A stretch of DNA of 64,000 nucleotides from Nitrospinales bacterium. GTDB taxonomy: Bacteria; Nitrospinota; Nitrospinia; Nitrospinales; VA-1. The stretch lies in NCBI GenBank assembly GCA_965223345.1, contig CBDCWG010000012.1:160001-224000 (forward strand). The letters are read 5' to 3'. The position numbers and the translations under genes are program-made. Below, piece by piece: positions 48,199-58,992 of this stretch. Under the pieces are notes generated by a model, which did not search any database, was not told the origin of the DNA, and worked only from the letters and a program-made list of their open reading frames with translations. Within the stretch, counting starts at the first letter, position 1; every line of letters starts with the position of its first letter.

Positions 48199-50688
48199 TT
48201 ACCGCGAGCTGGAGAAGAAGATGCCGAGCTGGATCTTGAAGGCTTTTTCGTAATAGCCCTCTTTCCAGTGGATGGCGAGCTTGATCTGATCCTGGGTCAG
48301 GTTCTGGGCGTCGTAAAAGACGGTGTTGGACACTTCCGCGTTGGTCAGGTCGGCGTCCTTGAAATCGACGCCGGTCAGATCCGCCGACTCCAGATTGGTT
48401 TCCCGAAGGTCGGCGCCTCTGAGGTTGGCGTTGGTGAGATCGGCGTCGGACAGGTCGGCAAAGCGCAGGTCCGCGCCGCGCAGGTCCGCACCGCGCAGGT
48501 TGGCCCCTTTCATGCGCGCGAGGTGCAGGTTCGCCCCCACCAGCGACGCGCCGCCCAACTTGGCGTTGCTCAAAAACGCCGATTCCGCGACCAGGTAGTT
48601 GAGGTTGGCGCGCTCGAGCTTCGCGCCGCGCACCCATTTGAGGCTGCTCTCATCGTCGGGGTCGTAATTAACGGGTTTTTGGGAAACGTCCCGTTCGGAG
48701 AGGTTGGCTTTCAGCCGGTCCAGAACGGGTTGCGGCAGCTTCTCATACTTCGGCAGCGGGTCGCCGGCGGAGCCGGGCAGTCCGGCGACCTCCCACGGCA
48801 ACAGCTTGAGGGGAACGGAGGCATCGTTCAGGTTGCCCTCGATGGCCTTGTGCGACAGGGAGGAGGTGACCGCAAGCACGGGAAACACGATGAGCAGGGT
48901 GATGACCACCACGCTCCACGAAGGCATCTTGCGGTTGCGCAGCGTCTGCTTGGCGAGAAAGTGCAGGGCGATGGCGAAAAAGATGGAAAGCACCAACAGC
49001 ACGATCTGCAAGCGCGTGCCCGCCCAATCGTGGCGGTTGAGGTAGCGCAGCCAGAATGTCGCCAGCAGGATCGGCAGCGCATACCAGCACATGGTCACCA
49101 CCAGCACGTTGCGCAGCTTTCCGAGGACGGCTTCCAGGCTGAGGCTTTCCCGCAGCACGGTGAACCATTTTCGTTTTTTGTGTTTGCGGGTGGAAAAGTT
49201 GCGCACCCAGGTGTTCAAAAGCCAGGGATAGATTTTTTCGTCGAGCGGCGTACCGTCGGGGAACACCGCGGGCAGCTTGGAGATCAGCCGCCACTGGTGC
49301 TGCAACTGAAGATGAAAATAGAGGTACAGCCCGAGCAGCACCAGCGGTGCGAAAAAATAAAATCCGGCGATGGGAAACGGCGTCTGGATCACCGGCAGCG
49401 GCGACGTGGTGGAGTTGGTCAAAAGCTGGATGTCGTCGGTGGCGGCGATCGTCAGCACGGAAAACGCCATCCCGGCGATGAGCCAGGCGTACAGCTTGCG
49501 CGCGATGAGCGAGGCTTCGGAGACGGCTTTGACGCCGTCGAAACTCTGGATCGCTTCCGGCAGCACGGTGTTGGTGACCACCGCGCCGCCCAGGTTCATG
49601 CCGGCGGTTTTGGTGCCGCTCATGTCGGCGCGGATCAACAGCGCGTTCTTGAAGTTGGTGCCTGTGAGATCGGCGCGCGTGAGATCCGCGTCGGTGAGGT
49701 CGGCGCCGGTCAGGTCCGCATGGGCGAGATTGACTTTTCCCGGCACTTCCAGATCCGGCTGCGTGCGTGAGAGGTCCGCGCCGATGAGACGGCAGCCGGA
49801 CAGGTCCGCCGCTTCGAGCCGCACGTTCCTGAGACAGGAGTCGCGCAGATCCGCGCCCGGAAGCTTCGCCCCGGAGAGGTTGGCGTTGTCCCACTTGGAA
49901 TGGCGCAGGCTCGCGCCGGTCAGATCAGAAAACGCCAGGTTGGCGCGCGACAGGTTGGCCTCCTTCATCACCGCGTCGCGAAAGCGCGACATCTGCAGAC
50001 TGCACTGGGTGAGGTCGGCCTTGCACAGGTTCGCGCCGGTCAGGTCAGCTTCCTGCAGCGTCGCTTCGGACAGCACCGCGCCTTTCAGGTTGGCGCGCGT
50101 CATCAGGGCCTGCTTCAGACTGGCGCGCGTCAGGTCCGCTTCGCCCAGATTGGCTTCGCTCAAGTCCGCCTTGTCCAGTTGGGCGTGCACGAGGGAAGCC
50201 TCGGCGAGGTTGACCCGCACCAGCTTCGCTCCCTGCAGGTTGATGTCGTTCAGAACCGCTTTGGAGAAATCCGCTCCGGTAAGATTGGCGGCGCCGAGGT
50301 ACACCTTGTTCAACACCGCGCCGGAAAAGTTCACCTCCTCGATGTTGGCGCCTTCGAGCAGGGCTTCGTCGAGATTGGCCTCGGAAAGGTCGGCGCCTTT
50401 GAGGATCGCGCCGCGGAAGTTGGCGCGGCTGAGCTGCGCGCCTTTCAGGTTGGCTCCGGTGAGATCGACGTGCGTGAGGTTCGCGCCTGAGAGGTCCGCC
50501 CCGGTGAAGTTCACTTCGTACAGGTTCTGCCCGGAGAGGTCGGCGAACTTGAGGTCGTAGTTGCTGAAGTCCGGTTTGCTCGCCAGATCCGGATTCATCT
50601 GCCAGCGCTGCACCTCGCGCAGCTTTTCATCCCACTCCTGGCGGGTCACCTTCACTTTCGTCACCCACTTTTCTTCCGTTTCGGCCAT
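48199..50688 (-). CDS. Pentapeptide-repeat protein with a central multi-TM domain
   Basis: Long A(D/N)Lxx repeat tracts at both ends flanking several hydrophobic helices. Confidence 0.9.
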   Translation of the reverse strand: MAETEEKWVTKVKVTRQEWDEKLREVQRWQMNPDLASKPDFSNYDLKFADLSGQNLYEVNFTGADLSGANLTHVDLTGANLKGAQLSRANFRGAILKGADLSEANLDEALLEGANIEEVNFSGAVLNKVYLGAANLTGADFSKAVLNDINLQGAKLVRVNLAEASLVHAQLDKADLSEANLGEADLTRASLKQALMTRANLKGAVLSEATLQEADLTGANLCKADLTQCSLQMSRFRDAVMKEANLSRANLAFSDLTGASLRHSKWDNANLSGAKLPGADLRDSCLRNVRLEAADLSGCRLIGADLSRTQPDLEVPGKVNLAHADLTGADLTDADLTRADLTGTNFKNALLIRADMSGTKTAGMNLGGAVVTNTVLPEAIQSFDGVKAVSEASLIARKLYAWLIAGMAFSVLTIAATDDIQLLTNSTTSPLPVIQTPFPIAGFYFFAPLVLLGLYLYFHLQLQHQWRLISKLPAVFPDGTPLDEKIYPWLLNTWVRNFSTRKHKKRKWFTVLRESLSLEAVLGKLRNVLVVTMCWYALPILLATFWLRYLNRHDWAGTRLQIVLLVLSIFFAIALHFLAKQTLRNRKMPSWSVVVITLLIVFPVLAVTSSLSHKAIEGNLNDASVPLKLLPWEVAGLPGSAGDPLPKYEKLPQPVLDRLKANLSERDVSQKPVNYDPDDESSLKWVRGAKLERANLNYLVAESAFLSNAKLGGASLVGANLHLARMKGANLRGADLRGADLRFADLSDADLTNANLRGADLRETNLESADLTGVDFKDADLTNAEVSNTVFYDAQNLTQDQIKLAIHWKEGYYEKAFKIQLGIFFSSSR

Positions 50689-50817
50689 GCGCGCAACCTG
50701 ATGGATTTTAGGTGAATTTTAGGGAGTTTATCAGAATTTCGGCCGAAATGGTTTAAGAGAACCTCTGAGATCCCGATATTTTTTCGTCCGGCCGATCGGC
50801 GCGCCTGCCTGTAAGTT

Positions 50818-53556
50818 TCAGATTTTCCATCCCCGCAGCGCCATCCACTTCAACAGCGCGGGCAGCAGGGTGATGGAGGCGAGCATGCAGCAGCCGACGC
50901 CGATCGACAGCACCAGTCCCAGACTGAAGATGCCCTGATGGTCGGCGACCATCATGCTGCCGAAGCCCGCGATGGTGGTCAGCGCGCTCAGGATCACCGA
51001 CAGGCCGGTGCTTTTCGGGAGCACCGCGTCAGCCGGGTTGCCCTCCTCGCGGAAGCGGTGGATGATGTGGATGCCGTTGACCACGCCGATGCCCAGGATC
51101 AGCGGCAGGATCACCAGGTTGGCGAAATTGAAACGCACGCCTGCAAGATGCATCAGCCCGATGGTCCAGACGAAGCCGACGAGGACGGGAAGGAAGATCA
51201 AAACCGAAGTGCGCGCGTTGCGGAACGTGGCGAGCACGAAGATCAGGATCGCCGTCAACGCATACAGGCCGCCGGTGACGTAGCCCTCTTTCATGAGACG
51301 GCTCGATTCGAACATGTGCACCGCGTTGCCGACCACGCCGTCATCGAGGCCGCGCAGCTCCTGTAAAAATTTCTGCCGCTGATCGATGTCCCAGATATCG
51401 ACGGCGGGAAACACTGAAATCAGAAAACGCCCGTTCTTGCTGACCATCCTTTTTTTCAGCTCGCCGGGCACCTGCTCCACCGTGACCGGCGAGGGGTCGG
51501 CGTTGGCTTTCAGATCGCGCATCTTCTCCCGGTAATCGGCAAACAGCCGCTGATTGAACGCGGTCAACCGCTGCTTCGCCGTGTCGGCATCCACGGTCTT
51601 GAGGCTTGTCCGCACTTTCTGCACCCAGTTCCCCGCTTCCGACACCGCATCCTGCGGCTCTTCCTCTGCCTTGCTGCGCAGCTTGAAGCCGATCCGTTTC
51701 AGGGTGCGCTTCAATGAACCCACGAAAACCGGTTCGTCCTCGGGCGCGACGTCCAGGGCGTTGAGATCCGGCGCGAGGGTGCGGATGGTTTCGATTTTTT
51801 CCTGCTGGTTTTCCGGGATCATGGAGACGACGCTTTCGACGCCGGCGACGGTGGACAGTTCTTTCACGGCCTTGTGTTTCTGCCGCGCCTCTTCCAGCGA
51901 ATCGGCGATCAGCGCCGCCGACCAGGCGGAACGCTTGGCGCTTTCCAGGATTTTCAACTCGTAACGCACCGCTTCGGTGTTTTTCGCCTGCAGGTTGAGC
52001 AGGTTGTAGTCGAAGCGCACGTCCTTGAGCGTCCACGCCGCCGCCGCGAACAGAACCCCGCAGACGACGATGATGGCTGCGTGGTGGCGGTAAAAACCCG
52101 CAAGCCATTTTTTGTTGTCGGCGGCTTGCGCGCCCCGCTCGTAACGGGGTGTGCGCCACCGCTCTTCGATCACCACCAGCGAGGGCAACAGCAGGACCAT
52201 CGCCAGCATGCAGAGCAGGATGCCGCCGCCGGCGATCCAGCCCAGCTCGGCGATGCCGATGAAATCGGTGAGGGTCATGGCGCCGAAAGCGATGGCGGTG
52301 GTGATGGCACCGGCGAAATTGCCTTTCCCGGTACCCTGCAGTGTGACTTTCAATGCGGTGCGTGTGTCGTGTCCGGCCTGCCGTTCCTCTTTGAAGCGTT
52401 CGAGGATGTGGATGCCGAAATCGATCCCCAGACCGATGAGGATGGTGGTGAACACGACGGACAGGATGTTGAGGTGGCCCACGGTGAGCGTGGTGAATCC
52501 CATCGACCAGCACAGCGCGACGATGAGGCAGAAGACCGCCATCAGCGGTTTGACGATGCCGCGGAAGGCGACGATGAAGATCAGCGAAACCCCCGCCAGC
52601 GCGATCAGCGAGGCCTTGCGCACGTCGATCTGGGTGGTGACCATCTCGTCGGAGGCGATCACCTCCTCACCGGTGATGCCGACGCGGACGGTGGGAAACG
52701 ACGCTTTCGTTTCCGCGATCAGGCGGCGTGCGGACTCGACGGATTTTTTGTAGCCGGTGAACACGGCTTTGTCCTCGCTCGGTGTGACGAGGATGAACAG
52801 CAGTTCGCCGTCGCCGGAGGTGAGGTAGCCTTCCTGCTGCAGCGAGGGTTCGTCGTCGGAAAAAAACGAAGACCAGGGCGAACGATAACGGGTGTCCCCG
52901 TTCAGGTGCGCATCCATCTGTTTGAGGAGCGCGATCAGCAGGCTCAAATCCTGCGTGTCATCTTTTTTTGCTTCGGTGGTGCCGAGAAAATCGCCCATCA
53001 GGGTGTCCACCATGCCGGAGCTGATTTCCGCGTTGATGCTTTTCAATAACTGGTTGAGGCCGGGGGCGGCGTTCACGCTGTCGAGAAAATCGCGGTGCTC
53101 GCGGATCTTCTCTCCCAGCTCGACGATGTCTTCGGGGCTCAGGTATAGCAGAGCGCGGGATTTGAAATAGCTCGTGTCTATTTTGTAAAACACGTCCGAG
53201 ATGAGATCGCTGTGTTCGCGGAATTTTTTCACCAGCACCTCGGCGAATTCCTTCTGCCGTTCGGGATCGTCGTCTTCAACCACGATCACCATGCCGTCGA
53301 AATCGGAAAACTCCTCGCGGAATTTTTCGTGGCGCTCAACGTAGGGCAGATCCTTCGCGACCAGATCCCCGCGCCCGGTCTTGAAGGTCAGGCGTTCGGC
53401 GGTCACCCAGGCCGAAAGCACCGCGAGCAGGACGGACATGGCGAGGACGAGATACGAATGCCGGTAGGCGAGACGCTCGATGAGCGTGAACAGACGCACG
53501 AACCACGAGGCGTCGCGGCTCGCTGCGGGTTCGGTGGGTTGTGTTTCAACGGCCAT
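50818..53556 (-). CDS. MMPL/RND transporter, HpnN (hopanoid transport)-like
   Basis: Two MMPL halves; IGLGIDFGIH, GIAELG.IAGGG, FDYNLLNLQ, LTTIAGFGSM. Confidence 0.85.
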   Translation of the reverse strand: MAVETQPTEPAASRDASWFVRLFTLIERLAYRHSYLVLAMSVLLAVLSAWVTAERLTFKTGRGDLVAKDLPYVERHEKFREEFSDFDGMVIVVEDDDPERQKEFAEVLVKKFREHSDLISDVFYKIDTSYFKSRALLYLSPEDIVELGEKIREHRDFLDSVNAAPGLNQLLKSINAEISSGMVDTLMGDFLGTTEAKKDDTQDLSLLIALLKQMDAHLNGDTRYRSPWSSFFSDDEPSLQQEGYLTSGDGELLFILVTPSEDKAVFTGYKKSVESARRLIAETKASFPTVRVGITGEEVIASDEMVTTQIDVRKASLIALAGVSLIFIVAFRGIVKPLMAVFCLIVALCWSMGFTTLTVGHLNILSVVFTTILIGLGIDFGIHILERFKEERQAGHDTRTALKVTLQGTGKGNFAGAITTAIAFGAMTLTDFIGIAELGWIAGGGILLCMLAMVLLLPSLVVIEERWRTPRYERGAQAADNKKWLAGFYRHHAAIIVVCGVLFAAAAWTLKDVRFDYNLLNLQAKNTEAVRYELKILESAKRSAWSAALIADSLEEARQKHKAVKELSTVAGVESVVSMIPENQQEKIETIRTLAPDLNALDVAPEDEPVFVGSLKRTLKRIGFKLRSKAEEEPQDAVSEAGNWVQKVRTSLKTVDADTAKQRLTAFNQRLFADYREKMRDLKANADPSPVTVEQVPGELKKRMVSKNGRFLISVFPAVDIWDIDQRQKFLQELRGLDDGVVGNAVHMFESSRLMKEGYVTGGLYALTAILIFVLATFRNARTSVLIFLPVLVGFVWTIGLMHLAGVRFNFANLVILPLILGIGVVNGIHIIHRFREEGNPADAVLPKSTGLSVILSALTTIAGFGSMMVADHQGIFSLGLVLSIGVGCCMLASITLLPALLKWMALRGWKI

Positions 53557-53758
53557 GGTGCGGTTGTTCCTTTACGGGTGAACGTGCGCGCGAGCCGTAC
53601 CGGCCGTCACGTCATTCGCAGCATCGGGGTTCCTGTCCATCAAACCACAAAGTTTTTTTTATTACAGGGAAAAAAAGCAAAACGGGCTGGCAGAGAAAAT
53701 GGGGAGCGGCGGGGAAGGAAGGCGCGGGCTTGCGGCGACACGGCACGGCTTTTCGGCG

Positions 53759-54370
53759 TTAAAACCGGAATCCCAGGCTGAAGATGTGCGCGTTGAGGCC
53801 GATGTTGGGCAACTCGATGCCGGCGTTGGAGACGTGGAAAAAACGGTAGTTGAGGGAGACGGAGCCCTCGCCGACGAAATATTCGATCCCCGCTCCGGAA
53901 TGCAGCAGGAACTGAAATTCCGAACCCAGTTCGCGCTGGGCCACGTCCTTCCAGTTGGTGTAGGAGGCCCCCACGCCCATGAGGATGTTCGGCGCCCAGT
54001 TGCGTTTGGGATTGAGGAATTTGTACTGCGCCATCAAGGGGGACACGCCCAGTAGGTATTCGCCGTTGCGGTTGAGCACGGAGGCGAACCCCGCCTCGAC
54101 GTGCCAGAACAGCGAACCCTGGTACCAGGAGCTGCCGATCTGGCCGGTGAGATTTTGCTGGTAGTTGGGAAAGAAAAACAGAAAGCTGAGGTCCGTCCGA
54201 TCGACGCCGCCGGGGATGTCGTCGGTGTACCCCCAGCCCGCATGCACGCCGAAAGAAGAATCGCCTTTTTGGAAGCGCGAGGAACCCGAAGCGTCCTGCG
54301 CCTCGACCCAGGAGGGAAACACGAGCAGCGCGATGAAGAACCAGACCGATTTGACGTTGAATTGCAGCAT
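53759..54370 (-). CDS. PagL-like lipid A deacylase / acyloxyacyl hydrolase outer-membrane barrel
   Basis: Signal peptide, LGSEFQF, YRFFHVSNAG...PNIGLN, terminal Phe. Confidence 0.8.
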   Translation of the reverse strand: MLQFNVKSVWFFIALLVFPSWVEAQDASGSSRFQKGDSSFGVHAGWGYTDDIPGGVDRTDLSFLFFFPNYQQNLTGQIGSSWYQGSLFWHVEAGFASVLNRNGEYLLGVSPLMAQYKFLNPKRNWAPNILMGVGASYTNWKDVAQRELGSEFQFLLHSGAGIEYFVGEGSVSLNYRFFHVSNAGIELPNIGLNAHIFSLGFRF

Positions 54371-54478
54371 GAAACTTATCAGAACGTTCCTTTGGATACC
54401 CGAAAAATAAAGTTTCAATGGTAGCACAATATCGGAGGGATGCCACAGAAATTCTTGTTTTCCGATAATTTATTAAAT

Positions 54479-54507
54479 TTGTACGGCCTTTTTGCGGATG
54501 CTATAAT
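54479..54507 (+). promoter_or_regulatory. sigma70 promoter of tatA
   Basis: TTGTAC-N17-TATAAT with extended -10 TG. Confidence 0.65.
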
Positions 54508-54547
54508 CGTTTTTTTTCGTTCAAATTCATGAGGAAAGGGCTTCGCT

Positions 54548-54829
54548 ATGATGGGGATCGGTTTTCCAGAATTGATGATCATTCTGGTAATCATCATGAT
54601 CATTTTTGGCGCCGGAAAGCTCCCGGAAATCGGCAGCGCATTCGGCAACAGCATTAAAAACTTCAAAAAATCCATGAAAGAGGCCGAGGAAATCCAGGAA
54701 GAAGCCGACGTCACCGGACAGGTGACCGAGGGAGAAGACAAGGACGCTTCCCAGGAAGAAGGGGACGCCGATCCGGCCAAAACGCAGGAAGATGCGGTCC
54801 CCTCGGCTGAAGAAACCCAGCCCAAATGA
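54548..54829 (+). CDS. tatA: Twin-arginine translocase TatA/E
   Basis: [27 protein letters not shown]...IKNFKK. Confidence 0.93.
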   Translation: MMGIGFPELMIILVIIMIIFGAGKLPEIGSAFGNSIKNFKKSMKEAEEIQEEADVTGQVTEGEDKDASQEEGDADPAKTQEDAVPSAEETQPK

Positions 54830-55038
54830 TCTTAGGCATTCCCCCTCGATCCGGACGGGGATGTCCCCGAGGGCCTGACTCCCCTCTTTTTCTTTGACAC
54901 GGCCCCATTTGATTGAATCGATCCCGTGCCGCGGACATCTTAATTCCGGGCACACCCTGACCGCCGGGGGCTGTTCAGCGGGATGCGGAAAAACCCTTTC
55001 CCCATTCTCACGGTGCTTCCCCGGAAGGGATTTGCTCT

Positions 55039-55668
55039 ATGGCTTTCACTCAAAATAAAGAAGGCAAGGAAGCGGAAAACGAACTGGTCCGCTCCCTGCA
55101 GGAAGGCGATCTCAAGGCGTTCGACAAGCTGGTCGAGCTGTACCAGAAAAAGATCTACGGGCTGAGCTTCAACCTCACCCGCAACGCCATGGACGCGCAG
55201 GACATCACGCAGGAAGTGCTTCTGACCCTGTTCAAAAAAATAAACACGTTCCAGGGACGGTCGGCGTTTTCCAGCTGGGTCTACCGCATCACGTTGAATG
55301 CGGCGTACATGAAACTGCGGAGCAAGAAAAAGGAGCCCAACGTTTCTCTCGACGACCTGCTTCCTTCATACAACAGTTCGGGCTATCAAAAGGACAAGAT
55401 CCAGGACTGGTCGGAAAACACCGATTCTTTGCTGTTCAGCAACGAGACCAAGGAAGTGATTCAAAAAGCCGTGGATCAGCTTCCCGAAAAAGAGAAGGTG
55501 GTGTTCATCCTTCGCGATGTGGACGGCCTGTCTACAGAGAAAGTCAGCGAGATTCTGGATCTGACCATCCCGGCCGTGAAGTCCCGGCTGCACCGGGCCC
55601 GGTTGTTTTTGAGGAAGAAGCTTTCCAATTATTTTGATGAGTATCACTTCCAGGAGAAAAAGAAATGA
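55039..55668 (+). CDS. ECF RNA polymerase sigma factor
   Basis: DAQDITQEV, FSSWVYRITLN, region 4 VKSRLHRAR. Confidence 0.93.
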   Translation: MAFTQNKEGKEAENELVRSLQEGDLKAFDKLVELYQKKIYGLSFNLTRNAMDAQDITQEVLLTLFKKINTFQGRSAFSSWVYRITLNAAYMKLRSKKKEPNVSLDDLLPSYNSSGYQKDKIQDWSENTDSLLFSNETKEVIQKAVDQLPEKEKVVFILRDVDGLSTEKVSEILDLTIPAVKSRLHRARLFLRKKLSNYFDEYHFQEKKK

Positions 55669-55904
55669 TGTGCTGTAAAGAATGCCTGGACCTTTTGTCG
55701 GATTATCTGGACGGATCTCTGGATGATTCCACAAGCGCGTCGCTGGAAGAACACTTTCAAGACTGTCCCCCGTGCATCGCTTTTCTCAACACGTACCGCT
55801 CCACCACGCAACTGGCCCGCGATTCTCTGGGACAGATCGAGATCCCGGAAATCGTTCAGCAGAAGCTCAAGGAGTTTTTGAAACTCCACACCCGTAAAAG
55901 TTAA
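55665..55904 (+). CDS. Zinc-binding (zf-HC2/ZAS) anti-sigma factor
   Basis: LSDYLDG...HFQDCPPC (HxxxCxxC); overlaps the sigma stop. Confidence 0.9.
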   Translation: MMCCKECLDLLSDYLDGSLDDSTSASLEEHFQDCPPCIAFLNTYRSTTQLARDSLGQIEIPEIVQQKLKEFLKLHTRKS

Positions 55905-56062
55905 CGATCCCACACGTCCCCCGGACGCATCCTCACGACCGCAAGCAGTATGTGCACGCCGGACGCACCGCAAGGCGGCGCAAGCCGGGGATCTTCAAAC
56001 ACTCCGAACCGATTCGTTTTGTTCCGCAACCCGGCAACGCCGTCAATATCGGAATACAATCG

Positions 56063-56091
56063 TTGACAAATGTGGGTTGTTTATCTATAGT
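56063..56091 (+). promoter_or_regulatory. sigma70 promoter
   Basis: TTGACA-N17-TATAGT. Confidence 0.75.
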
Positions 56092-56196
56092 TTTAAAGGT
56101 ATTGTTTTTATAGGATTGAGTTGAATTCCTTTCATTTACCGTGCGTAGCGGCTGCGCCGCGCATGACTTGCCACCCCTCTTTCAGGACAGGACATC

Positions 56197-56685
56197 ATGG
56201 TAGAGATGAAGGTTGAAGGATTGACCCTGGATCCTCTCACCAACATGCCGATCATCATCCTGAAAGATTCCACGGGATCGAAAGCGCTGCCGATCTGGGT
56301 GGGATATTTCGAAGCGAACGCCATCGCGCTCGAAATCGAAAAGATCACCACGCCACGCCCCATGACGCACGATCTCATCCGCAACCTGATCCAGACCATG
56401 AAAGCGGAGATCAACCACATTCTGGTGAACGAGTTGAAGGACAACACGTTCTATGCGGTCATCTCGCTGGTCTCCGGCGGCAACACGGTCACCATCGACT
56501 CGCGGCCCTCGGATGCGATCGCCCTGGCGCTGCGGACCAAATCGCCGATCTACGTCGAGGAGAAGGTGATCGAAGCGGCGAAAAGCCTCGATTTGCCCGA
56601 TCCGGACAAGACCAATATCGACGAGAAAAAGCAATGGAAGGATTGGTTGTCCAATATCAAGCCGGGTGATTTCGGCAAGCTGTAA
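56197..56685 (+). CDS. Bifunctional nuclease (DUF151/BFN) family protein
   Basis: LPIWVG..EANAI, RPMTHDL, IDSRPSDAIALALR. Confidence 0.92.
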   Translation: MVEMKVEGLTLDPLTNMPIIILKDSTGSKALPIWVGYFEANAIALEIEKITTPRPMTHDLIRNLIQTMKAEINHILVNELKDNTFYAVISLVSGGNTVTIDSRPSDAIALALRTKSPIYVEEKVIEAAKSLDLPDPDKTNIDEKKQWKDWLSNIKPGDFGKL

Positions 56686-56850
56686 GCCCTTCCGCGGCAA
56701 CGAAGTTTTTTATTCCCTCCCTGCGATTTTTCCTTATACTACCGAGCGAATATTCAGGACGATGCCGCGTGGCATCGCAACGGTTTGCGCGTGCACCGCG
56801 CGTGCGACGCCGCTCCATTTTTCGAACCGTTCCCGGATCCAGACCATCCC

Positions 56851-57738
56851 GTGAAAAACATCGCCGTCTTTTGCAAACACACACCCTCGGTTGACGGGGA
56901 AGTGGTCCGGGAGCTGGCCCGCTGGCTGCGCGAGCGCGGACTCACCGTGTTCATGGACAAGGACACGGCGGCGCTTCTGGGTGAGGATTCGGGCCACGAC
57001 CGGGCCGACATCCCCGGCAAGGCCGATCTCATCATCGTGCTGGGCGGCGACGGCACGCTGCTCAGTGTTGCGCGCATCGCGCATTCCTTCGACGTTCCCA
57101 TTCTGGCGGTGAACCTGGGCAGCCTGGGTTTTCTCACGGCCATCACGCTGCCGGAAATTTACACGACATTGGAAACGGTGCTGCGCAAGCAATACGAACT
57201 CGACCACCGCATGCTGCTGACGGCCTGCCTGAAACGGGACGGCGCGACGGTGGAGGAGTATCACGTGCTGAACGACGTGGTCATCAACAAAGGCGTGCTC
57301 GCGCGCATCGTCAACCTGCAGGTGCGGGTCAACGGCCAGTACATGACGGCGTACCGCGCGGACGGCCTGATCGTCGCCACACCGACGGGATCGACGGCCT
57401 ACTCGCTGTCGGCGGGCGGTCCCATCATCCATCCCAGCATGCACGCGCTGGTTCTGTGTCCGATCTGCCCGTTCACATTGACCAACCGCCCGATCGTCAT
57501 TCCCGACGGGTCCGTCATCCAGGTGGAACTGACGTCCGAAAAGGAAGACGTGCGCGTGACTCTGGACGGCCAGGAAGGCTGCGACATGATCGCGGGAGAC
57601 GTGCTGGAAATCAAAAAAGCCGCCTCGTCTTTGAAGCTGATTCAACTGCCGGGGAAAAACTACTATCGCCTGCTGCGTAAAAAGCTGCACTGGGGCAGCA
57701 ACGACGACGCCCCACCGGGCTCCGCCCGGCAGGAATAA
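56851..57738 (+). CDS. nadK: NAD kinase
   Basis: LGGDGTLL, NLGSLGFL, LNDVVI, DGLIVATPTGSTAYSLSAGGP; GTG start. Confidence 0.95.
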   Translation: MKNIAVFCKHTPSVDGEVVRELARWLRERGLTVFMDKDTAALLGEDSGHDRADIPGKADLIIVLGGDGTLLSVARIAHSFDVPILAVNLGSLGFLTAITLPEIYTTLETVLRKQYELDHRMLLTACLKRDGATVEEYHVLNDVVINKGVLARIVNLQVRVNGQYMTAYRADGLIVATPTGSTAYSLSAGGPIIHPSMHALVLCPICPFTLTNRPIVIPDGSVIQVELTSEKEDVRVTLDGQEGCDMIAGDVLEIKKAASSLKLIQLPGKNYYRLLRKKLHWGSNDDAPPGSARQE

Positions 57739-57915
57739 GCCGGGCTTGTCGAGGCGGACCGGAATGAATCCGGCACAGGATGGTGAAACCCGCTTTGCAA
57801 GCCGGGTGCACAACCGCACTCCGTCATGCCGGAGCAGGACAAAGCAGGAACCGGATATCCACTCCGCTCACCAGCGGAATCTTCTTCGCGATTTTTCTTT
57901 CAACGATCCACGTTC

Positions 57916-58821
57916 ATGAACCAAAGCATCGTCGCCTGCGGCAAGCGTGTGGACATCGGAACCGAAGTGGTTCTGTGGGACGATCCCGCGGGCTTCGTGT
58001 GCCCCAACAAACGCGGCCGCATCGCCTGCACGCAGCACGACCCCATCCTCAACGATCGGCCCACGCAGCCGGACGCGGCCTACGTGCTGCGCGATGCGGA
58101 GCGCGCCTACGAAGAGCTCAAGCAGACGGTGTATCAGTTCCTCGTGCATTACGATGTGTGCTGGTGTTCGTGGCAATGCCACCAGTTGATGAAAGACAGC
58201 ACGTTCAAGGGAAGCCAGTTCTACCTCGACATCGACGGCACCATCTACCAGACCTGCGATCTGTACTGGAAGACCAACACGGGACCGGCCGACGACCGCA
58301 TCGGCAACGAACGCTCGATCCATGTGGAGATGGCCAACCTCTCCTGGGAGGCGTTCGCGGACGAATCGGAACTGTACGGCGTCAAACGCGACCAGTACAA
58401 ACAATCCAACGGCAAGTGGCGGCTGCAGCTGCCCAATGCCTACCGCGACAAACTGCGCCGGCCGGGGTTCAAGCCGGCTCCGGCGCGCGCCTACGGCCAG
58501 CGCGGTTATTTCAGCCGCAGGATCAACGGCCGGTTGGTGCGCATGTGGGATTTCACGGAAGAGCAGTACCAGGCGCTGATCAAGCTCTGCATCGGCGTGA
58601 ACAAACTGCTGCCGAACATCCGGCTCCGGACCCCCTACGACAAAACCACGCGCCGCGTTCCCCTGGACCGTCTGCCGCGTTATTCCACGTTCAAGGGGGT
58701 TCTGGGTCACGCCCACGTGCAAAAAGGCGCCTCAGCGGATCTCAAGCCGAAATACGACCCCGGCTCGGCGTTCGACTGGCCCCGCCTGCGCCGGGCATTC
58801 CTCAAGCAGAGGAAAAAATAA
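57916..58821 (+). CDS. N-acetylmuramoyl-L-alanine amidase (Amidase_2-like)
   Basis: FLVHYD, FYLDIDGTIYQ, SIHVEMAN, FTEEQYQAL, VLGHAHV, KYDPG..FDW. Confidence 0.75.
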   Translation: MNQSIVACGKRVDIGTEVVLWDDPAGFVCPNKRGRIACTQHDPILNDRPTQPDAAYVLRDAERAYEELKQTVYQFLVHYDVCWCSWQCHQLMKDSTFKGSQFYLDIDGTIYQTCDLYWKTNTGPADDRIGNERSIHVEMANLSWEAFADESELYGVKRDQYKQSNGKWRLQLPNAYRDKLRRPGFKPAPARAYGQRGYFSRRINGRLVRMWDFTEEQYQALIKLCIGVNKLLPNIRLRTPYDKTTRRVPLDRLPRYSTFKGVLGHAHVQKGASADLKPKYDPGSAFDWPRLRRAFLKQRKK

Positions 58822-58992
58822 TTCCCGCCGGCTGCGACCGCCGGTGGCACGCACCGTTGCAGGCCGTCGCTCGGGCCCTGTAAACGCCCTGTGTTTCGCA
58901 CAAGTGACGGGGTTTCAAACGTTTTAAAAAGGGGTTGACCTCCCCACCTGTTTGGAGATAGCCTTGGATGAACCCCTATGAAAGGTGCCAGC

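Noticed and set aside
48300..50570. Periodic DNA repeats resembling an array
   Set aside because: Explained by 15-nt pentapeptide coding periodicity; no CRISPR repeat-spacer structure or cas genes
58845..58861. TGGCACGCACCGTTGCA as a sigma54 promoter
   Set aside because: GG-to-GC spacing is 11 rather than the required 10
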